Of a stretch of 64,000 nucleotides of DNA, positions 1-10,326 are shown piece by piece. Position numbers and translations under genes: made by a program. The notes beneath the pieces are model-generated. The model was not told the origin of the DNA, ran no database searches, and saw only the letters and a program-made list of their open reading frames with translations. Source of the DNA: an uncultured Planctomycetales bacterium (lineage in GTDB: Bacteria > Omnitrophota > Gorgyraeia > Zapsychrales > Fredricksoniimonadaceae); contig CAZNDZ010000001.1 of the NCBI GenBank assembly GCA_964572155.1, forward strand, positions 846,290 through 910,289, read 5' to 3'. The stretch's first letter is position 1, and each line of letters starts with the position of its first letter.

Positions 1-1
1 C

Positions 2-133
2 ACCTTTAAACAAGAGCGCATCGATGAAGCAGGAAAAGTTATTGGTGACTTCGTGATGATTAAGAACAAGCCATCTTGTTTTCATAAGTTCGTTAAACGT
101 AATGTCCCATTACCGGGATTTTTTGAAGGAAAT
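2..133 (+). CDS. 3' end of an unidentified upstream CDS (partial, continues beyond window start)
   Basis: Open frame from window edge to TAA at 131-133 (…IDEAGKVIGDFVMIKNKPSCFHKFVKRNVPLPGFFEGN*); no recognisable family. Confidence 0.25.
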
Positions 134-137
134 TAAC

Positions 138-1376
138 ATGTATTGGTCTAAATATTTTATTCCCACACTCAAAGAAAATCCGACGGGCACTGAAGCTGTC
201 AGCCATGCCTTAAGTTTGCGCGCGGGTTTGGTGCATATGTTAACCTCGGGGGTGTACTCCTATTTGCCGTTGGGTTATCGTGTCTTATCTAAGGTCCAAA
301 CCATTATCCGTGAAGAGATGAATGCGATTGGTTGCCATGAATTATTGATGCCAGCGTTACACCCGATTGATATTTGGAAAAAAACAGGACGGGATGAGAC
401 GCTTAAAGAAGTCATGATCAGCTTCGACGATAAAAAAGGCCGCCGCATGTGCTTGGGGCCAACGCACGAAGAAATCATCACAACGATTGCCAAAGATTAT
501 ATTCAAAGCTACCGTCAAATGCCTGTTACTTTGTATCAAATTCAAAGTAAGTTTCGTGACGAGATCCGTACCCGTTATGGCATTGTGCGCGCCTGTGAAT
601 TTATCATGAAAGATGCCTATAGCTTTGATACGTCGTGGGAGGGCCTCAAGAAAAACTACGATTTGCAATTAGAGGCGTATAAGAAGATTTTCAAACGTTG
701 TGGCTTAGACGTTTTAGTTGTTGCGGCCGACAGCGGGGCGATGGGTGGTAGTGTCTCCCATGAGTTCTTAATACCAGCACCCATTGGTGAAGATGCCGTC
801 TGGGTTAATAAAAATACCGGTGAGATTATTAAGGATGAAGAAGGTAAGGCTCCAAACGACCCAGCATTTGAAAAGAAAGTTTGTATTGAGCTTGGGCATA
901 TTTTCCAATTAGGCACCAAGTATTCCGATGCCTTAGGAGCATTATTTTTAGATGAACATGGAAAACAACATCCCATGATCATGGGTTGTTATGGAATTGG
1001 TGTTAGCCGATTGCTCGCTGCCATCATTGAAGCCAATAATGATGCACAAGGCATCATGTGGCCAGAAGGTGTGGCGCCATTTGATGTTCAGATTGTACCA
1101 GTGCAAGCGACTGATCCTGTTGCCATGGGATTAGCACAACAATATTTAAAAGAATTGACCGACGTTGGTTTCGAAGTTTTGTTAGACGATCGTGATGAGA
1201 GTGCAGGGCGTAAGTTTAACGATGCGGATTTAATTGGTATTCCGTGGCGCGTTATCATCGGCAAACGCATGTTAGCTCAAGACCAAGTGGAGATCAAGAA
1301 TCGCCGTACAGGTCAAGTGGTGGCTGTCTCAAAGCATCACGTAAAAGAAGAAATGCTCAAACTATGCCCGCGCTAA
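138..1376 (+). CDS. proS: prolyl-tRNA synthetase, compact form without INS editing domain
   Basis: Class II aaRS motifs and ProRS-like N-terminus (MYWSKYFIPTLKE…LRAGL…) aligning with E. coli ProRS start; ORF track 102..1376, start moved to ATG at 138 because upstream CDS ends at 133. Confidence 0.85.
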   Translation: MYWSKYFIPTLKENPTGTEAVSHALSLRAGLVHMLTSGVYSYLPLGYRVLSKVQTIIREEMNAIGCHELLMPALHPIDIWKKTGRDETLKEVMISFDDKKGRRMCLGPTHEEIITTIAKDYIQSYRQMPVTLYQIQSKFRDEIRTRYGIVRACEFIMKDAYSFDTSWEGLKKNYDLQLEAYKKIFKRCGLDVLVVAADSGAMGGSVSHEFLIPAPIGEDAVWVNKNTGEIIKDEEGKAPNDPAFEKKVCIELGHIFQLGTKYSDALGALFLDEHGKQHPMIMGCYGIGVSRLLAAIIEANNDAQGIMWPEGVAPFDVQIVPVQATDPVAMGLAQQYLKELTDVGFEVLLDDRDESAGRKFNDADLIGIPWRVIIGKRMLAQDQVEIKNRRTGQVVAVSKHHVKEEMLKLCPR

Positions 1377-1834
1377 GCTTAGAAGAAATCGCGATTAAGG
1401 TTGAGCAAATAAGTTTGCCGATTTTGGATCGTGCGCACATTGAGTTGGTTGAATTAAGGGTTGTTGGAGCAGTCAATGATGTGCGGTTGGAATTTATGGC
1501 GGATAGGCCGACAGGTGGCATAACCATACAAGAATGTGCTACCCTTAACCGTGCCATTGTTGAGGCCATCGACGCTGATGGGTTTTTAGGTGAGAATTAT
1601 TCGTTAGAGTTTTCGTCACCAGGGTTAGACAGGCCGTTATCGACAGAAAAAGATTTTTTAAGAAATTTAAATCGTCAGGTGCGTGTCATGTTATTCGAGC
1701 GCATTGAGCTTAAGAAAGAATGGGTAGGTAAAATCATTAGGGTTAATAGTCTTGACGTGGTCTTATTAACAAAACAAAAAAAAGAAATCGTTGTGCCATT
1801 GACTGTGATTGAAAAAGCAGTGTTGGTCATCTAA
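1364..1834 (+). CDS. rimP: ribosome maturation factor RimP
   Basis: …ELVELRVVGAVNDVRLEFMADRPTGGITIQECATLNRAI…LEFSSPGLDRPL matches RimP signature (EVSSPGLDRPL); position upstream of nusA-infB as in canonical operon; start chosen at ATG 1364. Confidence 0.8.
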   Translation: MPALSLEEIAIKVEQISLPILDRAHIELVELRVVGAVNDVRLEFMADRPTGGITIQECATLNRAIVEAIDADGFLGENYSLEFSSPGLDRPLSTEKDFLRNLNRQVRVMLFERIELKKEWVGKIIRVNSLDVVLLTKQKKEIVVPLTVIEKAVLVI

Positions 1835-1848
1835 GAAGGGGAATACTT

Positions 1849-2898
1849 ATGGATTCAGAATTGCTGACAATTTTAGAACAATTAGAACGCGATAAAGGCA
1901 TTGATAAAGAAACATTGATCAGCGCCGTCGAGCAAGCTGTTGCCTCAGCTGCCAAGAAGTTGTGGACCGTTGATAAAGAACAAGACGTGACCGTGACCTT
2001 GGATCGCAAGACAGGTAAATTATCTGCGTTTGCTGGAGAACAAGAGATCCATTCTAGCGAATTTGGTCGCATTGCCGCCCAAACTGCGAAACAAGTGGTC
2101 ATTCAAAAGATCCGTGAAGCTGAAAAAGATGTGGTGTTCAATGAATTTAATGTCCGCCAAGGCCAAATCATTTCAGGGGCTGTTTACCGTTTTGAACGCG
2201 GTAACATCGTCGTTGATTTAGGTAAGACCGAAGCGTTGATCCCACGCGGTGAGCAATCAAATAAAGAAGAATTCCGCCAAGGTGAACGTATCCGCGCGTA
2301 TTTACTTGAAGTCCGCAAGGATATCCGTGGCCCACAAATCATTTTATCCCGTTCTAATCCAAACTTTGTGAAGCGTTTGTTTGAATTAGAAGTACCAGAA
2401 ATTTATGAAGGCATCATTGAGATCAAAGCTATTGCTCGTGATCCAGGTGAACGCACCAAGATTGCTGTGTATTCCAAAGATGAGAAGATTGACTGCGTGG
2501 GCGCCTGTGTTGGGATGCGCGGTTCTCGCGTTAAGAACATTGTATTGGAATTACACGGTGAAAAGATTGACATTGTGCGCTATTCAGAGGATATTAAGGA
2601 GTATATTCAGGCTGCGTTGTCGCCTGCTGAGATTTCTCAAATGCAGCTGATTTCAGATGAAAAACGCGTCAATATCATCGTGGATGAAGATCAGTTGTCA
2701 CTCGCCATCGGAAAATACGGTCAAAATGTCCGTTTAGCGGGTAAATTGGTTGGGTGGGATTTAGATATTTATTCAGCCAAGCAATGGGAAGAAAAACAAA
2801 AGAATGCAGACGCTCAAGATACGACGGGTTTAACATCTACAAAGGCAGAAACAAAGCCTGCGGATGAAGATGAAGCCCAAGAAGAAGAGGATGCATAA
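1849..2898 (+). CDS. nusA: transcription termination/antitermination factor NusA (no AR1/AR2 C-terminal repeats)
   Basis: N-terminal NusA domain, S1 and tandem KH domains recognisable (…GACVGMRGSRVKNIV…, …IGKYGQNVRLAGKL…); acidic C-tail; precedes infB. Confidence 0.9.
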   Translation: MDSELLTILEQLERDKGIDKETLISAVEQAVASAAKKLWTVDKEQDVTVTLDRKTGKLSAFAGEQEIHSSEFGRIAAQTAKQVVIQKIREAEKDVVFNEFNVRQGQIISGAVYRFERGNIVVDLGKTEALIPRGEQSNKEEFRQGERIRAYLLEVRKDIRGPQIILSRSNPNFVKRLFELEVPEIYEGIIEIKAIARDPGERTKIAVYSKDEKIDCVGACVGMRGSRVKNIVLELHGEKIDIVRYSEDIKEYIQAALSPAEISQMQLISDEKRVNIIVDEDQLSLAIGKYGQNVRLAGKLVGWDLDIYSAKQWEEKQKNADAQDTTGLTSTKAETKPADEDEAQEEEDA

Positions 2899-2924
2899 AC
2901 AATATTAGGAAGGTAACATAAGTC

Positions 2925-5384
2925 ATGCGCATTGCCGATTTAGCCAAAGAATTAAAGATCACCGAGAAGCGTGTTTTAGATAAGATCAAAGATCTAAAAC
3001 TACGCACCAAGGATGGTTTAGAAATCACCATTGTCGTCGAAGAAATCGTGCGCGATGCTTTTGCCGATGAAGGCATTGGTTCAAAGGTTGTGGAAGTAGA
3101 AGCGCCAAAGAAAACAGTGAAAAAGGCTGTAGCTAAGAAGACGACCACGGCCAAGAAAACAGCTACGACAAAACCTGCTGCCAAAAAGACAGCGGCTTCT
3201 AAGACAAAGTCTGATTCTAAAAAGAAATCACCGATTGTTGAAAAGATCATTGTGGCTAAGTCAGGGCCATTGCCAAAGGTTGATCCTCCAAAACCAGCGC
3301 CAGCACCTGTTAAGGTTGAAGCACCTAAAGTTGAAGCGCCGAAAGTTGAAGCTCCCAAGGTTGTTGCACCAACTAAGCCGGTGGTGGTTGAAGCAGCAAA
3401 ACCTGAAGCTCCCAAAGTTGATGTTTCTAAAATTGTAGTTCCTGCTGAAGTTGTTGCCGTTGATCCATTAAAGAAGAAGGTGCATGAACCATTTGTTACG
3501 GTAAAGCCATTGGCTAAGAAACGCCGTAAGTTTGAGAATGAGACGAGCAGCACAGGTTCTAGAGATCATAAGCCATCCTCGTCGATTGATACAGTGAATC
3601 AAGCCCAAGCAAGTCAAGGCCCGTTGGTTGATGTGGAATTATCCATTCCAATTTCCGTTAAAGATTTTGCCGCGCGCACTAATCAAAAGTTAAATGTTGT
3701 TTTGAAGCGTTTGCTCGACATGGGTGTTTTTGCCAACATCAATCAAAACCTAGGCGAAGAATTGGTTGGAAAATTAGCGACTGCGTTTGGCATTAATATC
3801 ATTAAGAGTAAGACACAAGAAGAGACCGTTGTTGATTTGCATGCGCAAGAAAAAGATGATCCTTCAACGCTCAAACCACGTGCGCCAGTTGTTACCTTTA
3901 TGGGTCACGTTGATCATGGTAAGACATCGTTACTTGACAGCATTCGTTCAGAACGCGTTGCACATGGTGAGCATGGAGGTATTACCCAGCACATCGGTGC
4001 ATATTCCGTCAGTGTTCCAAGTGGCGGGCGTATCACATTTTTAGATACCCCAGGTCACGAAGCATTTACCGCCATGCGTTCCCGTGGTGCACATATCACC
4101 GACATGGTGGTCTTAGTTGTGGCTGCGGATGAAGGCATTATGCCTCAAACCGAAGAAGCCATTGACCATGCACGTGCAGCCAATGTTCCAATCATTGTTG
4201 CGATGAATAAGATGGATAAAAAGAATGCCAATCCTGATAAAGTGAAGAAACAATTGGCAGATCATGACCTAGCCGCTGAAGATTGGGGTGGTAAGGTTGG
4301 GGTCGTCGGTGTTTCAGCGTTGACAGGGGATGGTATCAATGATTTATTAGATCGTATCTTGCTTGAAGCAGAAGTTTTGGAATTAAAAGCTAACCCTGCT
4401 AAAAAAGCATCGGGTATTGTTATTGAAGCGCATATTAGCAAAGGCCGTGGTGCGATCGCGTCCATGATTGTTCAAAGCGGGACATTGCGTGAAGGCGATG
4501 CCATTGTGGTTGGTCCTTATGCAGGTCGTGTGAAGGCCATGTTGGATGATCATCATCGTCCCATCAAACAAGCTGGCCCATCCATGCCGGTTGAAATCTT
4601 AGGGTTATCCGAAGTTCCTGCAGCGGGTGATATGTTCTATGTTGTGGCAGATGAAAAGACAGCGCGCGAAATTGCCGCAACCCGTCAAGAAAAGATCAAG
4701 AATGAAAAATTGTCTGGTACCGCAAAGGTATCATTAGAAGAGTTATATGCGCAAATTCAAGAAGGTCATATTAAAGAAATGCGCGTGTTAATTAAAGGTG
4801 ATGTGCAAGGTTCTTTGGAAGCGCTCAAAGAATCATTGTCCAAGATCCCAACCAATGAAGTTAAATTGCGTTTCATGCATTTAGGTGTTGGTGATGTTAA
4901 TTCATCCGACGTTATTCTAGCGTTAGCATCGCAAGCCGTCATCATTGCCTTTAACGTTGGCATTGACACCAAAGCCCGTCAAGAACTTGAAAAAACACCG
5001 GTCGATGTGCGTCAGTACCGCATCATTTATGACGCGGTCGATGATGTCCATAAGGCCTTGGAAGGTTTACTCGCACCAAAACTCAAGCGTCATTTCGTCG
5101 GTAAAGTCGAAATTCGCAATGTGTTTAAATTAAGCAAGAGTGGTATTGTGGCAGGGTGTCATGTACAAAAAGGTAAGATCCGCCATAAATCACAAGTTGA
5201 TGTGTTACGCAATGGCGCGGTTGTGTTTACGGGTCATTTAAGCAGCTTGAAACGTTTCAAAGATGACGTTAAAGAAGTCGGTGAAGGTTTCGAATGTGGT
5301 ATCACGGTTGCTAATTTTAATGAGATTCAAGTCGGAGACATTATTGAAGCCTTTGACATAGAATCCATTGCACGTAAATTATAA
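2925..5384 (+). CDS. infB: translation initiation factor IF-2
   Basis: GTPase G1-G4 motifs (GHVDHGKTSLLD, DTPGHEAF, NKMD), low-complexity Lys/Ala/Pro-rich N-terminal region, C-terminal IF2 domains. Confidence 0.92.
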   Translation: MRIADLAKELKITEKRVLDKIKDLKLRTKDGLEITIVVEEIVRDAFADEGIGSKVVEVEAPKKTVKKAVAKKTTTAKKTATTKPAAKKTAASKTKSDSKKKSPIVEKIIVAKSGPLPKVDPPKPAPAPVKVEAPKVEAPKVEAPKVVAPTKPVVVEAAKPEAPKVDVSKIVVPAEVVAVDPLKKKVHEPFVTVKPLAKKRRKFENETSSTGSRDHKPSSSIDTVNQAQASQGPLVDVELSIPISVKDFAARTNQKLNVVLKRLLDMGVFANINQNLGEELVGKLATAFGINIIKSKTQEETVVDLHAQEKDDPSTLKPRAPVVTFMGHVDHGKTSLLDSIRSERVAHGEHGGITQHIGAYSVSVPSGGRITFLDTPGHEAFTAMRSRGAHITDMVVLVVAADEGIMPQTEEAIDHARAANVPIIVAMNKMDKKNANPDKVKKQLADHDLAAEDWGGKVGVVGVSALTGDGINDLLDRILLEAEVLELKANPAKKASGIVIEAHISKGRGAIASMIVQSGTLREGDAIVVGPYAGRVKAMLDDHHRPIKQAGPSMPVEILGLSEVPAAGDMFYVVADEKTAREIAATRQEKIKNEKLSGTAKVSLEELYAQIQEGHIKEMRVLIKGDVQGSLEALKESLSKIPTNEVKLRFMHLGVGDVNSSDVILALASQAVIIAFNVGIDTKARQELEKTPVDVRQYRIIYDAVDDVHKALEGLLAPKLKRHFVGKVEIRNVFKLSKSGIVAGCHVQKGKIRHKSQVDVLRNGAVVFTGHLSSLKRFKDDVKEVGEGFECGITVANFNEIQVGDIIEAFDIESIARKL
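3315..3374 (+). repeat. 4 x 15-nt tandem repeat (gttgaagcNccNaaa) encoding (V)EAPK repeats in IF-2 N-terminal linker
   Basis: Direct reading: gttgaagcacctaaa / gttgaagcgccgaaa / gttgaagctcccaag / gttgttgcaccaact. Confidence 0.6.
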
Positions 5385-5388
5385 CATT

Positions 5389-6375
5389 ATGTCCAAACGT
5401 GTTTTCTCAGCCATGCGTCCAACCGGCAAGTTGCATTTAGGCCATTTATTGGGCGCATTGCATAATTGGGTTTTGCTGCAAAAAGAATACGATTGTGTCT
5501 ATAGCATCGCCGACTGGCATGCGCTGATGGGTGAGTATGAAAACCCCAAAGCCATCCGTGCCAACATCGTTGATATGGCCATCGATTGGATTGCCTGCGG
5601 CATTGACCCAAAGAGCAGCATCATCTATGTCCAAAGCGATGTCAAAGAGCATTTGGAATTACAAATGATGCTCTCATGTTTAACCCCGCTTGGATGGTTG
5701 GAACGCAACCCCACCTATAAAGAACAATTGCGCGAAATCACAACCCGTGATTTGCAAACATACGCATTTTTAGGTTATCCCGTCTTACAAGCCGCTGATA
5801 TCTTGTTATATAAGGCTGATGCTGTGCCGATTGGTGAAGACCAATTGCCGCATTTGGAATTATGCCGTGAGATTGGCCGTCGTTTTAATTTCATGTATAA
5901 GAAGGAAGTATTTGCTGATTGCAAGGCCATCATGACAGAGACACCACGCTTGATGGGTACAGATAACCGTAAGATGAGCAAGAGCTATAATAATACGATT
6001 AATTTGTCGCATAAACCCGACGAGATCAATGCCATCGTGTCAAAAATGGTGACGGACCCAAAGCGCATTCGTAAGACAGACGCAGGCCATCCCGATGAAT
6101 GTAATGTCTTTAGTTATTACAAAGATTTAGCTGATAAGTCAACTCAAGATGCTTGCCGTCAATGGTGTACCCAAGCTCAAAAAGGGTGTACGGATTGTAA
6201 GAAAGATTTGGCAGCGATCATCAACGATAAAATTTTAGCGCCCATCTTAGAAAAGCGCAGCGCCTTAGAATCCAAAAAAGATTACATCGAAGACATTCTT
6301 AATGACGGGGCCAAAAAAGCCCGTGCCATTGCCCAAACAACAATGGCCGAAGTCCGCGAGGCTGTTTTTTCATGA
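5389..6375 (+). CDS. trpS: tryptophanyl-tRNA synthetase
   Basis: Class I HIGH-like (GKLHLGH) and KMSKS (KMSKSYNN) motifs; TrpRS-like N-terminus; ATG at 5389 five nt after infB stop. Confidence 0.9.
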   Translation: MSKRVFSAMRPTGKLHLGHLLGALHNWVLLQKEYDCVYSIADWHALMGEYENPKAIRANIVDMAIDWIACGIDPKSSIIYVQSDVKEHLELQMMLSCLTPLGWLERNPTYKEQLREITTRDLQTYAFLGYPVLQAADILLYKADAVPIGEDQLPHLELCREIGRRFNFMYKKEVFADCKAIMTETPRLMGTDNRKMSKSYNNTINLSHKPDEINAIVSKMVTDPKRIRKTDAGHPDECNVFSYYKDLADKSTQDACRQWCTQAQKGCTDCKKDLAAIINDKILAPILEKRSALESKKDYIEDILNDGAKKARAIAQTTMAEVREAVFS

Positions 6376-7115
6376 GCTATAAATTACAGTTAGAAAAATT
6401 TGAAGGCCCCTTAGATCTTTTATTGTACTTGATCAAAAAAGATGACATTGATATTTGTGATATTCCTATATCCGAGATTACAGATCAATATATGGAATAT
6501 ATTGAGATGATGAAGATGTTGGATTTAGACATCGTCGGAGATTTCTTGGTGATGGCCGCGACGTTGTTGCAAATCAAATCCCGCATGCTTTTGCCACCAG
6601 ATCCTTTGGCTGCTGAAGAATCCGTTGATCCACGGGCTGAATTGGTCCAACGTTTGCAAGAATATGAACAATTCAAATTGATTGCCGATGAGTTAAAATC
6701 AAAAGAATCCTTAAGGCAAGATCTTTTTACTCGCACCGTTGATGAAGAAAAGTTAAATCAACTCAAAGAAGAATCGCAAGAAGTGGTCTTTGAGGCCTCG
6801 CTTTTTGATTTGATCAATGCCTTAACCAATGCGCTCAAGAATGTTGGTGAAAAGAAAACATATGACATTAAGTCGGAAGAATATACCGTTGAAGGCAAGA
6901 TTCATACTTTGTTGCATGTCTTAGTCGATAACCCTGAGCTAAGTTTGGTTGAGCTTTTTAGCAAGGCTTCTGGTAAGGCGGAGATGGTGGTTATCTTTGT
7001 GGCCATTTTGGAACTGATCAAACAAAAAGAAGTTGTTGTACTGCAGCGTCGTCATTTCGAAGACATTATCATTAGACGTAATACGTCACACGAACAGCCA
7101 GAAATATCTATTTAA
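6372..7115 (+). CDS. scpA: segregation and condensation protein A
   Basis: N-terminus MSYKLQLEKFEGPLDLLLYLIKKDDIDICDIPISEITDQY… is the ScpA kleisin signature. Confidence 0.8.
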   Translation: MSYKLQLEKFEGPLDLLLYLIKKDDIDICDIPISEITDQYMEYIEMMKMLDLDIVGDFLVMAATLLQIKSRMLLPPDPLAAEESVDPRAELVQRLQEYEQFKLIADELKSKESLRQDLFTRTVDEEKLNQLKEESQEVVFEASLFDLINALTNALKNVGEKKTYDIKSEEYTVEGKIHTLLHVLVDNPELSLVELFSKASGKAEMVVIFVAILELIKQKEVVVLQRRHFEDIIIRRNTSHEQPEISI

Positions 7116-7118
7116 GTT

Positions 7119-8108
7119 ATGGAAGAAATCAAAAGGCTTGTCCTAACGCAAGAAACACAAGAAGACAGCGTGGTGAGTTTGTCGCTACGCCCGTCTAAGT
7201 TTGCTGATTTTGTTGGCCAATCTGATCTTGTGGCAGGATTGCGTGTGGCGGTTGAAGCTGCTCAAAAACGCGGCGAACCTCTAGAGCATATGCTTTTTTC
7301 CGGACCTCCGGGTTTGGGAAAAACATCCTTAGCTCACATTATAGCCCAAGAAATGAATGCCCGCATCACGGTGACCTCAGGTCCAGCCATTGATCGTGCC
7401 GGTGATTTTATTGGGATATTAACAGGCCTTGAAAGTGGCGATATTTTGTTCATCGATGAAATCCATCGTTTAAACAAGAGCATTGAAGAATTTTTATATC
7501 CCGCGATGGAGAATTACAAAATAGATTTCGTTGTTGATAAGGGTCCATATGCTAAGACAGTTAATTTTAACCTAAAACCTTTTACCTTGATTGGCGCAAC
7601 CACCCGCAGTGGTTTGTTAGCCTCTCCCATGCGCGATCGTTTTGGGATTTTTTATCATTTAGATTTCTATAAACAAGAAGATTTGGCGCACATTGTCCGT
7701 GCGTCAGCAACCAAGTTAGGTATCACGATCGATGCAGAAGCTGCCATGGCCTTAGCGTTAAGAGCTCGAGGGACACCACGCATCGCGAATCGTTTATTGC
7801 GTCGCGTTCGTGATTACGCGCAAGTTAAGTCCGGAAAGAATGTCATTGATGTTGCGATCGTTGAACAGACCATGACGGCGTTGGGCATTGATCCCAATGG
7901 TTTAGATGATTTGGATCGTCGCTTAATTAATATTATTAAGACCCAATATTCCGGTGGACCTGTGGGGATTGAAGCATTGGCAGCAACCCTAAACGAAGAA
8001 GCTGATACCATTGTGGATGTGGTCGAGCCATATTTGTTGAAAGCAGGTTTCTTAAGGAGAACAGGTCGTGGTCGAGAAATCACCGATTTGGCCCGTAAGA
8101 TCTCATGA
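7119..8108 (+). CDS. ruvB: Holliday junction DNA helicase RuvB
   Basis: LRPSKFADFVGQ…, Walker A GPPGLGKTSLA, RuvB C-terminal winged helix. Confidence 0.92.
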   Translation: MEEIKRLVLTQETQEDSVVSLSLRPSKFADFVGQSDLVAGLRVAVEAAQKRGEPLEHMLFSGPPGLGKTSLAHIIAQEMNARITVTSGPAIDRAGDFIGILTGLESGDILFIDEIHRLNKSIEEFLYPAMENYKIDFVVDKGPYAKTVNFNLKPFTLIGATTRSGLLASPMRDRFGIFYHLDFYKQEDLAHIVRASATKLGITIDAEAAMALALRARGTPRIANRLLRRVRDYAQVKSGKNVIDVAIVEQTMTALGIDPNGLDDLDRRLINIIKTQYSGGPVGIEALAATLNEEADTIVDVVEPYLLKAGFLRRTGRGREITDLARKIS

Positions 8109-9265
8109 AAAAAATATTTTCAACCATCATATTCTTAAGCGCTGTCGTGGGGATTGTTTTCATCGCAGCGGCCGGAGACAAATCAAAGCCAACGACCGAT
8201 GTTTTGGTGCGCGTGGCCATTGTTCGCGATGCTCGCGAGGTTGACTTAGAAATCAATGGTCCTTACCGTTTAGCAGAGGGTAAGAATAGTCGCGAGTTTA
8301 GTACATCAAGTCGATTGGTTAAAACAACGGTGCGTTTGCTTGATAAAGGCTTCTTTATCAACGGCGATGTTTTTCCTTACGACCGTTTGGTGATTTCACC
8401 TGTAAGGGAAGCTGAGATCAAAGTTAATGAACATCCATTTCGCGGGCAAGTCATTTTGATTCGCACGACGGATAATCGCATTACGGTTGTTAACACCATC
8501 AACATTGAAGACTATATTAAAGGCGTTTTATATCACGAGGTTTCGCATCATTGGCCCATGGAAACGATCAAAGCCCAAGCTGTTGCCACACGGACCTATG
8601 CCTTGTATTCAATTAGCAAGACCAAGGACTATGATGTGACCAATGACATTTACTCCCAAGTTTATGGCGGGCGAGGTTCAGAACGTTACCGCACTGGTTT
8701 AGCAGTAGAACGCACAGCGTCTGAAGTTTTGGTCCTGAATGGAAAAATTCTACCGGCATATTTTCATGCGTGTTGTGGGGGGATGACCGAGGATGCGGCT
8801 GTTTTGTGGAATATTAACTTACCCCCCTTAAAGGGTGTGCCGTGTGTGTTTTGTAAAGAAGCACCGCATATGAATTGGAAAAGAAATATGCGCTTAAAAG
8901 ACATCCAAGATTTGCTTAACAGCCGCGGTTATAAGATAGGGTTGATCAAAGATATTTCTGTCGCTGAACGTGATCGCAGCAATCGTGTCAGGCAATTAAA
9001 GATTGTGGGTAGGGCTGATGAAGTGATCACCATTAAGGCAGAAGAATTAAGAGATTTGCTCGGACCCAATACCTTAAAGGGCAATAATTATGAAATTGAA
9101 ATGAAAGGTTATTTTGTTGACTTCATCGGCCACGGTTGGGGGCATGGGGTTGGCATGTGCCAATGGGGTGCGCGCGGCATGGCCTTACAACAATTTAGTT
9201 ATACCCAGATTTTAAACTATTATTACCCAGGCGCCCAGATCGTCGATTACCACGATGTCCGTTAA
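8105..9265 (+). CDS. SpoIID/LytB-domain protein (amidase enhancer-like), N-terminal signal/TM anchor
   Basis: Hydrophobic N-terminus; SpoIID-family block …EDYIKGVLYHEVSHHWPMETIKAQAVATRTYAL…. Confidence 0.75.
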   Translation: MKKIFSTIIFLSAVVGIVFIAAAGDKSKPTTDVLVRVAIVRDAREVDLEINGPYRLAEGKNSREFSTSSRLVKTTVRLLDKGFFINGDVFPYDRLVISPVREAEIKVNEHPFRGQVILIRTTDNRITVVNTINIEDYIKGVLYHEVSHHWPMETIKAQAVATRTYALYSISKTKDYDVTNDIYSQVYGGRGSERYRTGLAVERTASEVLVLNGKILPAYFHACCGGMTEDAAVLWNINLPPLKGVPCVFCKEAPHMNWKRNMRLKDIQDLLNSRGYKIGLIKDISVAERDRSNRVRQLKIVGRADEVITIKAEELRDLLGPNTLKGNNYEIEMKGYFVDFIGHGWGHGVGMCQWGARGMALQQFSYTQILNYYYPGAQIVDYHDVR

Positions 9266-10265
9266 TTATTTTGATTTATCCGCGTACGATTATCAGCTCC
9301 CAGAAAAACTAATAGCTCAATACCCATTAGCCAAACGCGATGATGCGCGCTTGATGGTGATCAACCGCAAAGATCAGAGCATAACCCATGATACATTTGC
9401 GAATCTCAATCAATGGCTGCCTAAAAAAAGTCTGATGGTTTTAAATGACAGCAAGGTCATTGCGGCGCGTTTGATTGGCCGTAAAAAAGATACCGAGGGA
9501 GAAGTTGAAGTATTTCTGCTAAATCCTACTGACGAAGATCAAACGTTTGAAGCATTGCTAAGGCCACTTAAGCGTATCAAAGAAGGTCAGATTATTGATT
9601 TTGGCAAAGGTCTCGAAGCTGTCCTTATTGATCGTGAAAAACGACTTGTGCGTTTTAATCAAAAAGATGTCCTAAACGTTATAGCCACCCAAGGCCATAT
9701 CCCATTGCCGCCTTACATCAAGCGCGATGATGAACAAAGCGATCGCATCAATTATCAAACCGTTTACGCCAAGCATTTAGGTTCCGTCGCAGCGCCAACC
9801 GCGGGGTTGCATTTTACAGAGCAATTAATGGATCAATTAAAGAATAACGGACATGATTTTGCCAAAGTGACGCTGCATATCAATTACGGGACATTCAAAC
9901 CCGTCGAGACCGACGATATACGCCAACATCCCATGCACGAAGAAATGTATCACGTCGATGCGAATACCTACGAGCGCATCAAACATCATCGCCCCATTGT
10001 AGCTGTCGGCACAACCGCCTGCCGCGTCTTAGAGTCAATCGCACAAGGCCGTCCACTAGAAGACAAGACCAATATCTTCATTTACCCAGGCTACAATTTC
10101 AAATCCATCCAATCTCTGATCACCAATTTCCACTTACCCAAAAGCACCCTGCTCATGTTAGTCAGTGCTTTTGGAGGCTATGATCTAATGCGCCGCGCCT
10201 ACCAAGAAGCCATCGCCAAAGAGTACCGATTTTATAGTTATGGTGATGCTATGTTGATCCTTTGA
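9255..10265 (+). CDS. queA: S-adenosylmethionine:tRNA ribosyltransferase-isomerase
   Basis: MSVNYFDLSAYDYQLPEKLIAQYPLAKRDDARLMV… and …HFTEQLM… QueA hallmarks. Confidence 0.9.
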   Translation: MSVNYFDLSAYDYQLPEKLIAQYPLAKRDDARLMVINRKDQSITHDTFANLNQWLPKKSLMVLNDSKVIAARLIGRKKDTEGEVEVFLLNPTDEDQTFEALLRPLKRIKEGQIIDFGKGLEAVLIDREKRLVRFNQKDVLNVIATQGHIPLPPYIKRDDEQSDRINYQTVYAKHLGSVAAPTAGLHFTEQLMDQLKNNGHDFAKVTLHINYGTFKPVETDDIRQHPMHEEMYHVDANTYERIKHHRPIVAVGTTACRVLESIAQGRPLEDKTNIFIYPGYNFKSIQSLITNFHLPKSTLLMLVSAFGGYDLMRRAYQEAIAKEYRFYSYGDAMLIL

Positions 10266-10294
10266 GAATAGCGTAGATATCACACATAAGTTTG

Positions 10295-10306
10295 CCCCTA
10301 TATAAT
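10295..10306 (+). promoter_or_regulatory. -10-like element (cTATATAAT) about 20 nt upstream of the paralog-1 start; no convincing -35
   Basis: TATAAT at 10301-10306 in the 61-bp queA/paralog-1 spacer. Confidence 0.25.
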
Positions 10307-10326
10307 CTATATGCTATTCTTTCCAC

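Noticed and set aside
3315-3374. Short tandem direct repeats that could be mistaken for a CRISPR-like or VNTR locus
   Set aside because: Only four 15-nt in-frame units inside infB encoding (V)EAPK; no spacers, no cas genes; ordinary low-complexity linker.
2837-3553. 238-aa minus-strand ORF antisense to the infB N-terminal region
   Set aside because: Lies wholly inside the well-supported infB CDS in its low-complexity Lys/Ala/Pro region; the Gly/Ser/Thr/Ala-rich translation is typical of antisense reading of a biased repeat; no RBS or homology.
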